32,000 bases of DNA, from the sequence record JAKSYS010000061.1; one strand, written 5' to 3'. A program made the translations under genes and the position numbers. A model generated the notes under the pieces. The model was not told the DNA's origin, made no database searches, and worked only from the letters and a program-made list of their open reading frames with translations. Of this stretch, positions 12,851-24,946 are shown piece by piece (position 1 is the first letter of the stretch; every line of letters starts with the position of its first letter).

Positions 12851-13013
12851 AATAAATTCCTTTATTTTAAACTAGTGATATATAATATAAGTCTTATTTT
12901 TAATTTATTCAATAAAAATTTAAAATAAGTTGGGTTTTCATAAACCTATGTGTTATTATCTAATTTACAAGATTTGAAAAACAAAATATTTATATTTTAA
13001 CTTTATAAAGAAA

Positions 13014-14886
13014 ATGGATCGAAATTTTATACAAAAACTTTTAATAGGAATATTTGCGATTGCATGTCTTATTTTTGGTGTTAACTTATTTACCTCAAGT
13101 GAATATGCGCAGGGGCAAACTCAAAATGATAAATTAGAAGTAAACGGTAATGTTAGTAGCTCAAGAATGACCTACGGTCGTTTTTTAGAGTATTTAGAAA
13201 TGGGATGGGTTAAACAAGTTGATTTATATGATAATAGTAGAAATGCTATTGTGCAAGCGTCTAGTCCTGAATTAGGAAATCGACCTCAAGCAATTCGAGT
13301 AGAAATTCCTATTGGAGCATCTCAACTAATTCAAAAATTAAAAGAATACAATATAGACTTTGATGCACATCCAGCTCCAACAAAAAATATTTTTATAACT
13401 ATTGCAAGTAACTTATTACTACCATTAATTTTTATAAGTGGTTTAATCTTCTTCTTCCAAAATTCAGACAATTTTTCTCAAAATTCAGGATCTTCACCTA
13501 TGAATATTGGAAAATCACCTGCAAGATTTGATCCACGTCCAGAAACAGGAATTACATTTAATGATATTGCAGGAATCGATGAAGCAAAAGCTGAATTCGA
13601 AGAAATTGTTTCATTTTTAAAAGAGCCGGATAGATATACTAGAGTTGGTGCTAAAATTCCTAAAGGCGTTTTATTAGTAGGACCTCCAGGTACAGGTAAA
13701 ACGTTATTAGCAAAAGCTATTGCAAATGAAGCAAATGTACCATTTTTTAGTGTGGCTGGTTCAGAATTTGTAGAAATGTTTATTGGTATCGGTGCGGCAA
13801 GAATTCGTGATTTATTTACTAAAGCATCAGAAAATGCTCCATGTATCGTATTTATTGATGAAATTGATGCTGTTGGACGTGAACGTGGCTCTGGAATTGG
13901 TGGTGGAAATGATGAACGAGAACAAACTTTAAACCAATTATTAACAGAAATGGATGGGTTTAAAGAAAACAAAGGTGTTATTGTAGTTGGAGCAACAAAC
14001 CGAGTAGATATTTTAGATGGTGCTTTATTAAGACCAGGAAGATTTGATAGACGGATTACTGTAGGACTGCCTGATCGTTTAGGCCGAATTGGTATTTTAA
14101 AAGTACACGCAAAAAATAAGCCATTAGCAGAAGACGTTTCACTGGTTCAATTAGCAAATCGAACACCAGGGTTTTCAGGTGCAGATTTAGCTAATTTATT
14201 AAACGAAGCCGCAATTCTAGCTACAAGATATAAAAAGCAAATCATTACAAAAAATGAAGTAAACGAAGCAGCAGATCGAATTATCGGTGGTATCGCTGGA
14301 ACGACTATGGAGGATACTAAAAACAAACGATTAATAGCATATCATGAAGTAGGACATGCTATTGCTGGTTCGGTATTAGAAGGTCATGATGAAGTTGAAA
14401 AAATTACTTTAATTCCAAGGGGTGGAGCAAAAGGTTTAACATGGTTTACTCCAAATGAAGAACAAGGATTACTTTCAAGATCACAGTTATTGGCTCGTAT
14501 TATTATGACTCTATCAGGACGTGTAACAGAACAAATAGTTTTTGGTGATCCTGAAGTTACAACAGGAGCTAGCAATGATTTACAACAAGTAACAAGCATT
14601 GCCAGACAAATGGTAACACGGTATGGTATGTCAAATATCGGTCCTATTGCTCTTGAAAATGATGAAAGTCCTGCTGATTATGATGATAAATTAGCAGACA
14701 GAATTGATAGCGAAGTATGCAAAATTATCAATCATTGTGAAAGTGTTGCCAAAAAAGATTATATTAGATAATCGTGTAATAATCGATTTAGTCGTAGAAA
14801 AATTATTGGATATGGAAACTTTAGATGGCGAAGAATTTAGAGAGCTTGTGAGAAACTATACTGTTTTACCAACTAAAGCTGTTTAA
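13014..14886 (+). CDS. ftsH: ATP-dependent zinc metalloprotease FtsH, reading frame interrupted near the 3' end
   Basis: Contains Walker A (GPPGTGKT), Walker B (IVFIDEID), the SRH region and the HEVGHA zinc site. The conserved C-terminal tail ([31 protein letters not shown]...) lies in a different frame (ORF 14704-14886). The span is 1873 nt, one more than a multiple of 3. Confidence 0.9.
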
Positions 14887-14940
14887 TAAACATGAAAATT
14901 CTATCAATTAAATAATTAATAGAATTTTCATGTTTATTAA
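14883..14940. repeat. perfect 22-bp stem-loop containing the ftsH stop codon
   Basis: Positions 14883-14904 are the exact reverse complement of 14919-14940, with a 14-nt loop. The stop codon TAA at 14884-14886 lies in the left arm. Confidence 0.85.
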
Positions 14941-15062
14941 TCTCAAATTAAATATTTATTTTTTAAAAATTAATAAGATAAAAAGTTAAATTAAAAAATA
15001 TTGTTAGAGTATGAAAGAATAAAATTGTCATTTATATTGACTAATTTTCTTCAATTTTACAC

Positions 15063-15101
15063 AAAAAGTATTACTTATCTAACAGATAAGTAATACTTTT
15101 T
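15063..15101. repeat. perfect 18-bp stem-loop downstream of rbcS
   Basis: aaaaagtattacttatct (15063-15080) is the exact reverse complement of 15084-15101, with a 3-nt loop. It lies 22 nt beyond the rbcS stop codon. Confidence 0.85.
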
Positions 15102-15123
15102 AGCTATATCACTACTAAATTAA

Positions 15124-15543
15124 TTAGTAACGACCACCTTCAGGATTCGCTTGAACACTGTAGCTCTTAATTGTGTAGTGGATTTGACGGCCTGCGCCTT
15201 CTTGACGTTCTAAGTAGAAACCTGGCTCGTTAACTGGACGGTTAACGATGAAAGACATAGAACAACTTTCAGTACCGTAACTAGCATCAAATGCGTTAAC
15301 ACGGATGTAACCAGAAGCACATGATTTACGTGCTTCATTTAATTCGAACATTACAGATGCTGGATCTTTAATATCGAATAATGGTAAACCCCATAATTCC
15401 CAGTAACTGTTACGTGGATGTGGATCATCTGTCCACTCAACGTTCATTGCCCAGCCTTTACTCATAGCGTAAGCAATTTGTTTCTCAATTTGTGCATTTG
15501 TTAAATCTGGTAAGAAAGAGAAGCAACCTTGTGTAAGTCTCAC
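15124..15543 (-). CDS. rbcS: RuBisCO small subunit, red-type form ID
   Basis: 139-aa ORF (MRLTQGCFSFLPDLTNAQIEKQI...) directly downstream of rbcL. It starts at GTG (15543-15541), with AAGGAG 12 nt upstream. Confidence 0.95.
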   Translation of the reverse strand: MRLTQGCFSFLPDLTNAQIEKQIAYAMSKGWAMNVEWTDDPHPRNSYWELWGLPLFDIKDPASVMFELNEARKSCASGYIRVNAFDASYGTESCSMSFIVNRPVNEPGFYLERQEGAGRQIHYTIKSYSVQANPEGGRY

Positions 15544-15580
15544 TATTCAAATACTCCTTAATTTTTGTAAAAGTAAATTA

Positions 15581-17095
<1,515 letters not shown>

Positions 17096-17335
17096 TTAAC
17101 TAACTAAGATTTAATTAGTTCTATCGGTTGAGTGATTAAGAACAACCTTAAATATAATTATAACATTTCACAATAAATCAAATTTTATACCTATTGTTTA
17201 TTTTAAATATAACTTTTAAGAATAAAAAGATTAAGAGAAACTTTAGTACTATATTAAACTTAAAAATATTGTATAATACGAGTTAAATAGAAAATATTAT
17301 ATTAAGAATAAACTATACATTTTGATAACATATTT

Positions 17336-18796
17336 ATGATTAATCAATCGAATAAAGTAATAAATAATAGTCTTACCAAATTAGTTAACAAAAGTTATCA
17401 GTATGGTTTTTCGACAAATATTGAAAAAGAGATTATTGAAAAAGGTTTAAATGAACAAACTATCAAACTGATTTCTTCCAAAAAAAACGAACCCGATTTT
17501 TTACTTAAATTTCGTTTAAAAGCCTATAAAAAATGGCAAACAATGAATACGCCAGAATGGGCACAATTAAAATTTCCTTCAATAGATTATCAAAGCATTG
17601 TTTATTATTCAGCTCCAAAGTCTCAAAAAAAATTAAAAGATTTAAGTGAAGTAGATTCTGAACTTTTAAAAACATTTGAAAAACTAGGAATTTCATTAAA
17701 TGAACAAAAACGACTAGCGAATGTAGCAATCGACATTGTTTTTGATAGCGTTTCCATTGGTACAACATTTCAAGAAGAGTTAAGTGAATATAGTATTATT
17801 TTTGCCTCTATTTCAGAAGCCGTTCAAAAATATCCTGAGATGATTGAAAAATATATTGGATCAGTAGTTCCAATTGGAGATAATTATTTTTCTGCTTTAA
17901 ATTCTGCTGTTTTTACAGATGGATCTTTTTGTTATATACCGGAAAATGTAAAATGCCCTATTGACTTATCTACTTATTTTAGGATAAATGATCAAACTTC
18001 TGGTCAGTTTGAACGTACATTAATAATCGCAGATAAAAATAGTCAAGTTAATTATCTGGAAGGATGTACAGCCCCGCAATATGATACTAATCAATTACAT
18101 GCTGCTATTGTTGAATTAATCGCTCTGGATAATGCAGTTATTAAATATTCAACCGTTCAAAATTGGTATGGCGGAAATGAATATGGAAAAGGTGGTATCT
18201 ATAACTTTGTAACAAAACGAGGTCTTTGTATTGGAACTAATGCACAAATATCATGGACTCAAGTTGAAACCGGCTCTTCAATTACATGGAAATATCCTAG
18301 TTGTCTTTTAATTGGTGAAAATTCACAAGGAGAATTTTATTCAGTAGCACTTACTAATAATTATCAACAAGCAGATACTGGAACAAAAATGTTGCATATA
18401 GGAAAATCAACTAGAAGTCGAATTATTTCAAAAGGAATATCAGCAGGAAATTCAAAAAACAGTTATAGGGGTTTAGTTCAAATGACTGATAAAGCATTAA
18501 ACGCTAGAAATTACTCACAATGTGATTCTTTATTAATTGGAAATTGTTCTAATTCTAATACATTTCCAATTATTTCTGTCCAAAATTCTACAACTAGAAT
18601 TGAGCATGAAGCTTCAACTTCAAAAATTGGTGAAGAACAAATTTTTTACTTTTTGCAACGTGGAATTAGTTTAGAGAAAGCTATTGAATTAATGATAAGT
18701 GGATTTTGTAGAGACGTCTTTAAAAAATTACCTTTAGAATTCGCTGCTGAAGCAGATAAATTATTAAGTTTAAAATTAGAAGGAAGTGTAGGTTAA
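17336..18796 (+). CDS. sufB: Fe-S cluster assembly protein SufB (ycf24)
   Basis: 486-aa ORF with SufB blocks ([29 protein letters not shown]). Confidence 0.93.
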   Translation: MINQSNKVINNSLTKLVNKSYQYGFSTNIEKEIIEKGLNEQTIKLISSKKNEPDFLLKFRLKAYKKWQTMNTPEWAQLKFPSIDYQSIVYYSAPKSQKKLKDLSEVDSELLKTFEKLGISLNEQKRLANVAIDIVFDSVSIGTTFQEELSEYSIIFASISEAVQKYPEMIEKYIGSVVPIGDNYFSALNSAVFTDGSFCYIPENVKCPIDLSTYFRINDQTSGQFERTLIIADKNSQVNYLEGCTAPQYDTNQLHAAIVELIALDNAVIKYSTVQNWYGGNEYGKGGIYNFVTKRGLCIGTNAQISWTQVETGSSITWKYPSCLLIGENSQGEFYSVALTNNYQQADTGTKMLHIGKSTRSRIISKGISAGNSKNSYRGLVQMTDKALNARNYSQCDSLLIGNCSNSNTFPIISVQNSTTRIEHEASTSKIGEEQIFYFLQRGISLEKAIELMISGFCRDVFKKLPLEFAAEADKLLSLKLEGSVG

Positions 18797-19557
18797 TGAA
18801 CTCAAACGATTTATTATTAGAAATTAAAAATTTAAAAGTATCAATTGAAGATAATATAATATTGGATAAATTAAATTTAAAAGTGCAAAAAGGTGAAATT
18901 CATGCGATAATGGGTCCTAATGGCTCAGGAAAAAGTACGTTTTCTAAAGTTGTAGCAGGGCATCCAGCTTATTCCATAATTAGTGGTGATATTTTATTCA
19001 AAGGTGACAGTATTATTGACTTGACTCCTGAAGAACGCTCCCATATTGGTATTTTTTTAGCATTTCAATATCCTATTGAAATTCCGGGCGTAAGTAATGA
19101 GGATTTTTTACGATTATCATATAATGCAAAACAAAGGTTTTTTAATCAACCGGAAGTAGATCCTATTGAATTTTTAGGAATTGTTATTAAAAAAATGGAA
19201 TTAGTTAAAATGTCTCCACAATTTTTAAACCGTAATGTAAATGAAGGGTTTTCTGGGGGTGAAAAAAAACGTAATGAAATTCTACAAATGATTGTATTAG
19301 ATTCAGATATTTGTATATTAGATGAGACTGATTCAGGTTTAGATATAGATGCTTTAAAAATTATATCAAATGGGATCAATAATTTTATGACAAAAGATAA
19401 AGGAATTATATTAATTACGCATTATCAACGATTGTTAGATTATATAAATCCTACTTATGTTCATGTTATGCAAAATGGTAGAATAATAAAAACAGGATCG
19501 TCTGAATTAGCCAAAGAATTAGAAGATAAAGGCTATCAATGGTTAAATACTTATTAA
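18796..19557 (+). CDS. sufC: Fe-S cluster assembly ATPase SufC (ycf16)
   Basis: 253-aa ORF with Walker A (GPNGSGKST), the ABC signature ([11 protein letters not shown]) and Walker B ([10 protein letters not shown]). Its ATG overlaps the sufB TAA by 1 nt (TAATG). Confidence 0.95.
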   Translation: MNSNDLLLEIKNLKVSIEDNIILDKLNLKVQKGEIHAIMGPNGSGKSTFSKVVAGHPAYSIISGDILFKGDSIIDLTPEERSHIGIFLAFQYPIEIPGVSNEDFLRLSYNAKQRFFNQPEVDPIEFLGIVIKKMELVKMSPQFLNRNVNEGFSGGEKKRNEILQMIVLDSDICILDETDSGLDIDALKIISNGINNFMTKDKGIILITHYQRLLDYINPTYVHVMQNGRIIKTGSSELAKELEDKGYQWLNTY

Positions 19558-19678
19558 AAAGAAATCATATAGAGCTTTTTTATAAAAGTAGACCTAAATA
19601 AAGTAATAAATTTTTATAATTTATAGTGTTCCTTTATATTTTTTAATATTGGGTAATTTCTTCAATTAATTAGATTAT

Positions 19679-20407
19679 ATGTACCCAGAAATTTTTAATT
19701 CAAATATGTTTACATTATTAGCGGAAGCAGAGGTTGGTAAACACTTTTACTGGAACATTGCTGGATTTCTAGCGCACGGTCAAGTTCTACTAGTAATTTG
19801 GTTTGTAGCAATCATCTTATTAGTATTATCTGTACTAGGTACAAGAAATATAGAACGAATTCCTACAGGTTTCCAAAACTTTATGGAATCAGCTGTAGAT
19901 TTCGTAACTGATATTGCTAGAGATCAATTAGGTGAAAGCTTTTACAAAGAATGGATACCGTTCATTGGGACGCTATTCTTCTTTATTTTTGGTTGTAATT
20001 GGGCAGGTGCTCTTATTCCGTGGAAGTTAATTGAACTACCAGAAGGAGAACTTGCTGCACCAACAAACGATATTAATACTACTGTAGCATTAGCTTTATT
20101 AACATCGTTAGCCTATTTCTATGCAGGTTTAAGTAAAAAAGGTTTAGGATATTTCAAACGATATATTCAACCAATCCCACTTCTTTTACCAATTAACATT
20201 CTAGAAGATTTTACGAAACCTTTATCATTAAGTTTTCGATTATTTGGAAACATTTTAGCAGACGAATTAACTGTAACAGTATTAACATCACTAGTTCCAT
20301 TAATTATACCATTACCAATTATGATTCTAGGTATTTTTGCTGGCTCAGTTCAAGCTTTAATTTTTTCAACTTTAGCTGCAGCATATATAGCTGAAGCTCT
20401 TGAATAG
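19679..20407 (+). CDS. atpI: ATP synthase CF0 subunit a (IV)
   Basis: 242-aa ORF with [13 protein letters not shown], a hallmark of subunit a. It is the first gene of the atp cluster. Confidence 0.95.
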   Translation: MYPEIFNSNMFTLLAEAEVGKHFYWNIAGFLAHGQVLLVIWFVAIILLVLSVLGTRNIERIPTGFQNFMESAVDFVTDIARDQLGESFYKEWIPFIGTLFFFIFGCNWAGALIPWKLIELPEGELAAPTNDINTTVALALLTSLAYFYAGLSKKGLGYFKRYIQPIPLLLPINILEDFTKPLSLSFRLFGNILADELTVTVLTSLVPLIIPLPIMILGIFAGSVQALIFSTLAAAYIAEALE

Positions 20408-20448
20408 TAAAAACAGTTAAGAGTGTTTTAAAATTTATATATTTTTAA

Positions 20449-20712
<264 letters not shown>

Positions 20713-20812
20713 TTTAAAATTTAAACATTAAAAACAAATAACGAATGGATACTATAGAAATATTGTATCTATTCAATTTTTTTAATTCTATAGTATAGCA
20801 TATAGATTTTAT

Positions 20813-21283
20813 ATGATTAATTTTTCAACATTAATTTTAAGTTCAGAAGTAAATGGTCCTGGTGGATTATTTGATATCGATGCAACTTTACCATTAGTTG
20901 CAATTCAGTTTTTGTTATTAATGGTTATTTTAAATATTGTTCTATATAACCCATTACTTACAATTATTGAAGAACGAAAAGAATACATTTTAACAAATCT
21001 TGGTAAAGCATCAGAATTACTTGCGCAAGCAAATAATCTTACAGCGCAATATGAAGAAGAGTTAACAAGTGTTCGTAAAGAAGCACAATTAGAAATTACA
21101 AATTCTCAAAAAATTCACCAAGAAATTTTAGATTTAGAAATCAATATTTCACAAAAATATCTTGATAACTTATTAGATACAATTACAAATGATTTTGAAA
21201 GTAGAAAAACTTTAGCTCTTAACAATTTAGAAGAGAGTGTTCAATCATTATGTAACGATATCAATACGAGATTATCAATTTAA
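20813..21283 (+). CDS. atpG: ATP synthase CF0 subunit b' (II)
   Basis: 156-aa ORF with one N-terminal TM helix and a long charged helix. It sits between atpH and atpF. Confidence 0.85.
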   Translation: MINFSTLILSSEVNGPGGLFDIDATLPLVAIQFLLLMVILNIVLYNPLLTIIEERKEYILTNLGKASELLAQANNLTAQYEEELTSVRKEAQLEITNSQKIHQEILDLEINISQKYLDNLLDTITNDFESRKTLALNNLEESVQSLCNDINTRLSI

Positions 21284-21347
21284 GAATTTTTTGCTAAACG
21301 TAATTTTCCTTTTTATAAATGAACAGTTTATACACAAACTCGAAAAT

Positions 21348-21881
21348 ATGGAAAATTTTGATCAAATTTTTACTTTAATTGCCGAAGAAGAAGGCATTAG
21401 TTTAAATCCCGATATTTTAGGAAGTGGTTTATTTAATATTCTTGTGCTAGCTGGTATTTTAATCTACACTGGTAAAGACTTTTTAGGGTCAATATTAGAA
21501 GAAAGAAAAACAACTATTGTTCAAAATGTTCAAGATGCTGAAAATAGATTAAATGAAGCTCAGAAACGATTAGCAGAAGCACAAAAACAGTTAAATCAAG
21601 CCCATGTGGTAATTAGTCAGATTAAATCTGAAACTTTAGCTACAAAAAAAGTTATGCTTAAAGCAGATGCTATTGAAGCACAAAATGATTTAAAATTCCG
21701 TTTTGAGCGGGCTGTAGGAGCTTTTAAATCAAAAGAAAGACGAATTTTCTTTGAAATTAAAGAGCAAATTACTTCATTAGTATTAACTCGTACTGTTAGC
21801 CGTGTAAAAGAAACATTTGCACAAGATAAAGCAGCAGCAAAATTAATTAATAATACTATTCGAACATTAGAATTACCTTAA
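21348..21881 (+). CDS. atpF: ATP synthase CF0 subunit b (I)
   Basis: I chose the ATG at 21348 ([15 protein letters not shown]...), giving 177 aa. The ORF-track start at 21237 is a GTG inside atpG. Confidence 0.85.
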   Translation: MENFDQIFTLIAEEEGISLNPDILGSGLFNILVLAGILIYTGKDFLGSILEERKTTIVQNVQDAENRLNEAQKRLAEAQKQLNQAHVVISQIKSETLATKKVMLKADAIEAQNDLKFRFERAVGAFKSKERRIFFEIKEQITSLVLTRTVSRVKETFAQDKAAAKLINNTIRTLELP

Positions 21882-21886
21882 TAACC

Positions 21887-22450
21887 ATGAGTAAAAATCC
21901 ATTAGCATTAAAAGTCGCAGCTCCTTATGCTCGCGCACTTTTTGATTTTGTTAAAGAGACAGGGACGTTCTTTGAAGTTACTTCAGATATCCAAAATATT
22001 CAAGGTTTATTATTTAAATCTCGTGAATTATTTAAATGTCTACAAAATCCTGTAATCAGCGCTCAAGCAAAACAAGAGATTTTAATTAAAGTAGTGGGCA
22101 AAAAAATGAACCCAGAAACTCTTCAGTTTTTAGCTACTTTAATAAAACGAAATCGTATCAATTTATTACCAACAATAATCTTTAGCTATTTAGAGTTAGT
22201 ATATAAAACAGCAAATTCTAGAGCATTTCAAATTATTTCAGCCAAAGATCTTTCAAATGGTCAAAGAACACGATTAATCAAAAAAATTAAATCAATTGCG
22301 AAACAAAGTCGCATTATGATTCAATTTAGTACTGATGAAAGTTTAATTGGTGGATTCTTGATTAAAAATCAAGGTAAAATAGTTGATTATTCTGTAAAAA
22401 ATAAATTAAATTTACTAGCTAAACAGTTAGATACTGTTTTAGAAATTTAA
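21887..22450 (+). CDS. atpD: ATP synthase CF1 delta subunit
   Basis: 187-aa ORF with an OSCP/delta-like sequence (APYARALFDF, IGGFLIK), sitting between atpF and atpA. Confidence 0.88.
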   Translation: MSKNPLALKVAAPYARALFDFVKETGTFFEVTSDIQNIQGLLFKSRELFKCLQNPVISAQAKQEILIKVVGKKMNPETLQFLATLIKRNRINLLPTIIFSYLELVYKTANSRAFQIISAKDLSNGQRTRLIKKIKSIAKQSRIMIQFSTDESLIGGFLIKNQGKIVDYSVKNKLNLLAKQLDTVLEI

Positions 22451-22497
22451 TTACAAATAAAATCTTTTATTAATTTTTTAACCTCAAATATAATACA

Positions 22498-24015
22498 ATG
22501 ATAAAAATTCGTCCAGACGAAATTAGTAGTATTATCCGTGAACAAATTGAAAAATATGATCAGGATGTAAAAATCGAAAGTATCGGTACTGTTTTACAAG
22601 TTGGTGATGGTATTGCTCGTGTATACGGTCTTGATCAAGCAATGAGTGGTGAGCTTTTAGAATTCGAAGACAAAACTATCGGTATTGCATTAAACTTAGA
22701 AAACGATAACGTAGGTGTCGTTTTAATGGGTAATGGTCGTCAAATCTTAGAAGGTGGTGTTGTTAAATCAACAGGTCGTATTGCACAAATTCCAGTAGGT
22801 GATGGTTTCTTAGGGCGTGTAATTGATCCATTAGGTGCTCCTATTGATGGTAAAGGCGATATTATTTCAAATGAAAGCCGTTTATTAGAAGCTATGGCAC
22901 CAGGTATTATTAGTCGTAAATCGGTTTGTGAACCATTACAAACAGGTATTACATCAATTGATGCTATGATTCCAATCGGTCGTGGTCAACGTGAATTAAT
23001 TATTGGTGATCGTCAAACAGGAAAAACTTCTATAGCTGTAGATACGATCATTAACCAAAAGACAGAAAATGTTGTATGTGTATATGTAGGTATTGGTCAA
23101 AAAGCTTCTACAGTAGCACAAGTTGTTAACGTATTAGAAGAAAAAGGTGCAATGTCATACACATGTATTGTTTCTGCTAGTGCAAATGATGCAGCGACTT
23201 TACAATATATTGCACCATATGCAGGTGCTTGTATTGCTGAATACTTTATGTATCAAGGTAGAGCAACTTTAGTAATTTATGACGATTTAACGAAACAAGC
23301 TATGGCTTATCGTCAAATGTCATTATTATTACGTCGTCCTCCTGGACGTGAAGCATACCCTGGTGATGTATTCTACTTACACTCACGTTTATTAGAACGT
23401 GCTGCCAAGCTAAGTGATGCTTTAGGAGGAGGTAGTATGACTGCATTACCAATCATTGAAACACAAGCAAGTGATGTTTCAGCCTATATTCCAACAAATG
23501 TAATTTCAATTACAGATGGGCAAATTTTCTTATCAAATGATTTATTTAACTCAGGTATTCGTCCTGCGATTAACGTAGGTATTTCTGTATCACGTGTTGG
23601 ATCTGCAGCTCAAACAAAAGCTATGAAAAAAGTTGCTGGTAAATTAAAATTAGAATTAGCACAATTTGCTGAGTTAGAAGCTTTCTCACAATTTGCATCT
23701 GATTTAGATGAAGCAACACAAAAACAATTAGCACGTGGTACACGTTTACGTGAAGTATTGAAACAACCACAAAATTCACCTTTATCTGTAGCAGAACAAG
23801 TTGCTTTAATTTATACAGGTATTAATGGCTTTTTAGATGATTTAGCTGTTGATGAAGTTAAAAAATACTGTGCGACTTTATTAAAATTCTTAGCAACATC
23901 ACAAAAACCATATATCGGAATTGTTACTGATACAAATCAATTTACAGACGAAGCAGAAGCATCTTTAAAAGAATCTATTGCAGAATCAAAAGTTATTTTT
24001 AATCAAAACAAATAA
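22498..24015 (+). CDS. atpA: ATP synthase CF1 alpha subunit
   Basis: 505-aa ORF with GDRQTGKT (Walker A) and canonical alpha-subunit sequence throughout. Confidence 0.98.
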   Translation: MIKIRPDEISSIIREQIEKYDQDVKIESIGTVLQVGDGIARVYGLDQAMSGELLEFEDKTIGIALNLENDNVGVVLMGNGRQILEGGVVKSTGRIAQIPVGDGFLGRVIDPLGAPIDGKGDIISNESRLLEAMAPGIISRKSVCEPLQTGITSIDAMIPIGRGQRELIIGDRQTGKTSIAVDTIINQKTENVVCVYVGIGQKASTVAQVVNVLEEKGAMSYTCIVSASANDAATLQYIAPYAGACIAEYFMYQGRATLVIYDDLTKQAMAYRQMSLLLRRPPGREAYPGDVFYLHSRLLERAAKLSDALGGGSMTALPIIETQASDVSAYIPTNVISITDGQIFLSNDLFNSGIRPAINVGISVSRVGSAAQTKAMKKVAGKLKLELAQFAELEAFSQFASDLDEATQKQLARGTRLREVLKQPQNSPLSVAEQVALIYTGINGFLDDLAVDEVKKYCATLLKFLATSQKPYIGIVTDTNQFTDEAEASLKESIAESKVIFNQNK

Positions 24016-24020
24016 TTCTA

Positions 24021-24058
24021 TTTTCCACTCCTTTTTTTCAAAAAAAAGGAGTGGAAAA
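24021..24058. repeat. 18-bp stem-loop just downstream of atpA
   Basis: ttttccactccttttttt (24021-24038) is the exact reverse complement of 24041-24058. It lies 5 nt after the atpA stop codon. Confidence 0.8.
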
Positions 24059-24109
24059 AATTAACAACGTTTTTTTTTTAATACATATTAACATTAAATA
24101 AAAAAATTT

Positions 24110-24185
24110 TATAATTAACGGTAAAGCAAAATCTGAAATAATCTAGTACTAGATTATTTCAGATTTTGCTTTACCGTTAATTATA
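24110..24185. repeat. 76-nt perfect palindrome (38-bp arms, no loop) overlapping the 3' end of rps2
   Basis: Positions 24110-24147 are the exact reverse complement of 24148-24185. The right arm contains the rps2 stop codon and its last 11 codons plus part of a twelfth (...[10 protein letters not shown]). Confidence 0.95.
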
Positions 24186-24844
24186 CTATCAGTAAGTGTT
24201 CTCAAAATTAATTTAATCGAACGAACAGCATCATCATTACCTGGAATTGGAATATCTACTAAATCAGGATCACAATTGGTATCTAAGATCGAAACAATTG
24301 GAATTCCTAATTTTCGACATTCACGAATTGCTGTCATTTCTCGTTTTTGATCAATAATAATAGCAACGTCAGGTAATTGTTGCATATTTTTAATTCCATC
24401 TAAATGGTTTCTTAATTTCTCTAATTCTTTTCGACGTAGAGAAGCTTCTTTCTTTGTTAATAAATCAAATGTATTATCGGCCTCTTGTTGTTCTAAACTT
24501 TTTAACCGATTAATCCGTTCTTTTAATGTTGACCAATTGGTTAACATTCCACCAAGCCAACGGTAGTTTACATAATATGAATTACAACGTTTTGCTTCTT
24601 GAGAAATTAATGTACTAGCTTGTCGTTTTGTACCTATAAAAAGAAATGTTTTTCCTTCACTAGATACTTTGTTTAAATAATTCGTAGCTTCATTTAGTAA
24701 AGTAGCAGATTGAACTAAATCTAAGATATGAATATTATTTACTTCACTATAAATGTAAGGAAACATTTTAGGATTCCAACGATAAGATTTGTGTCCAAAA
24801 TGTACACCGGCTTCTAATAATTGAGATAAACTTATATTAGACAT
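24149..24844 (-). CDS. rps2: 30S ribosomal protein S2
   Basis: 231-aa ORF with S2 blocks ([35 protein letters not shown]). Confidence 0.95.
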   Translation of the reverse strand: MSNISLSQLLEAGVHFGHKSYRWNPKMFPYIYSEVNNIHILDLVQSATLLNEATNYLNKVSSEGKTFLFIGTKRQASTLISQEAKRCNSYYVNYRWLGGMLTNWSTLKERINRLKSLEQQEADNTFDLLTKKEASLRRKELEKLRNHLDGIKNMQQLPDVAIIIDQKREMTAIRECRKLGIPIVSILDTNCDPDLVDIPIPGNDDAVRSIKLILRTLTDSIINGKAKSEII

Positions 24845-24946
24845 AAAAAAATTTGTTAGATTATATTAAATTAGATATTAACAAAAATAAATAGAATTGT
24901 CTAGTTGACAATTTTATTTATTAAAAAATTTACAATAATTAAATGA

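Noticed and set aside
21237-21347. Upstream extension of atpF starting at GTG 21237 (the 214-aa ORF in the track)
   Set aside because: The extension overlaps the end of atpG and encodes non-conserved sequence. The ATG at 21348 gives a normal-length subunit b starting just before its TM helix.
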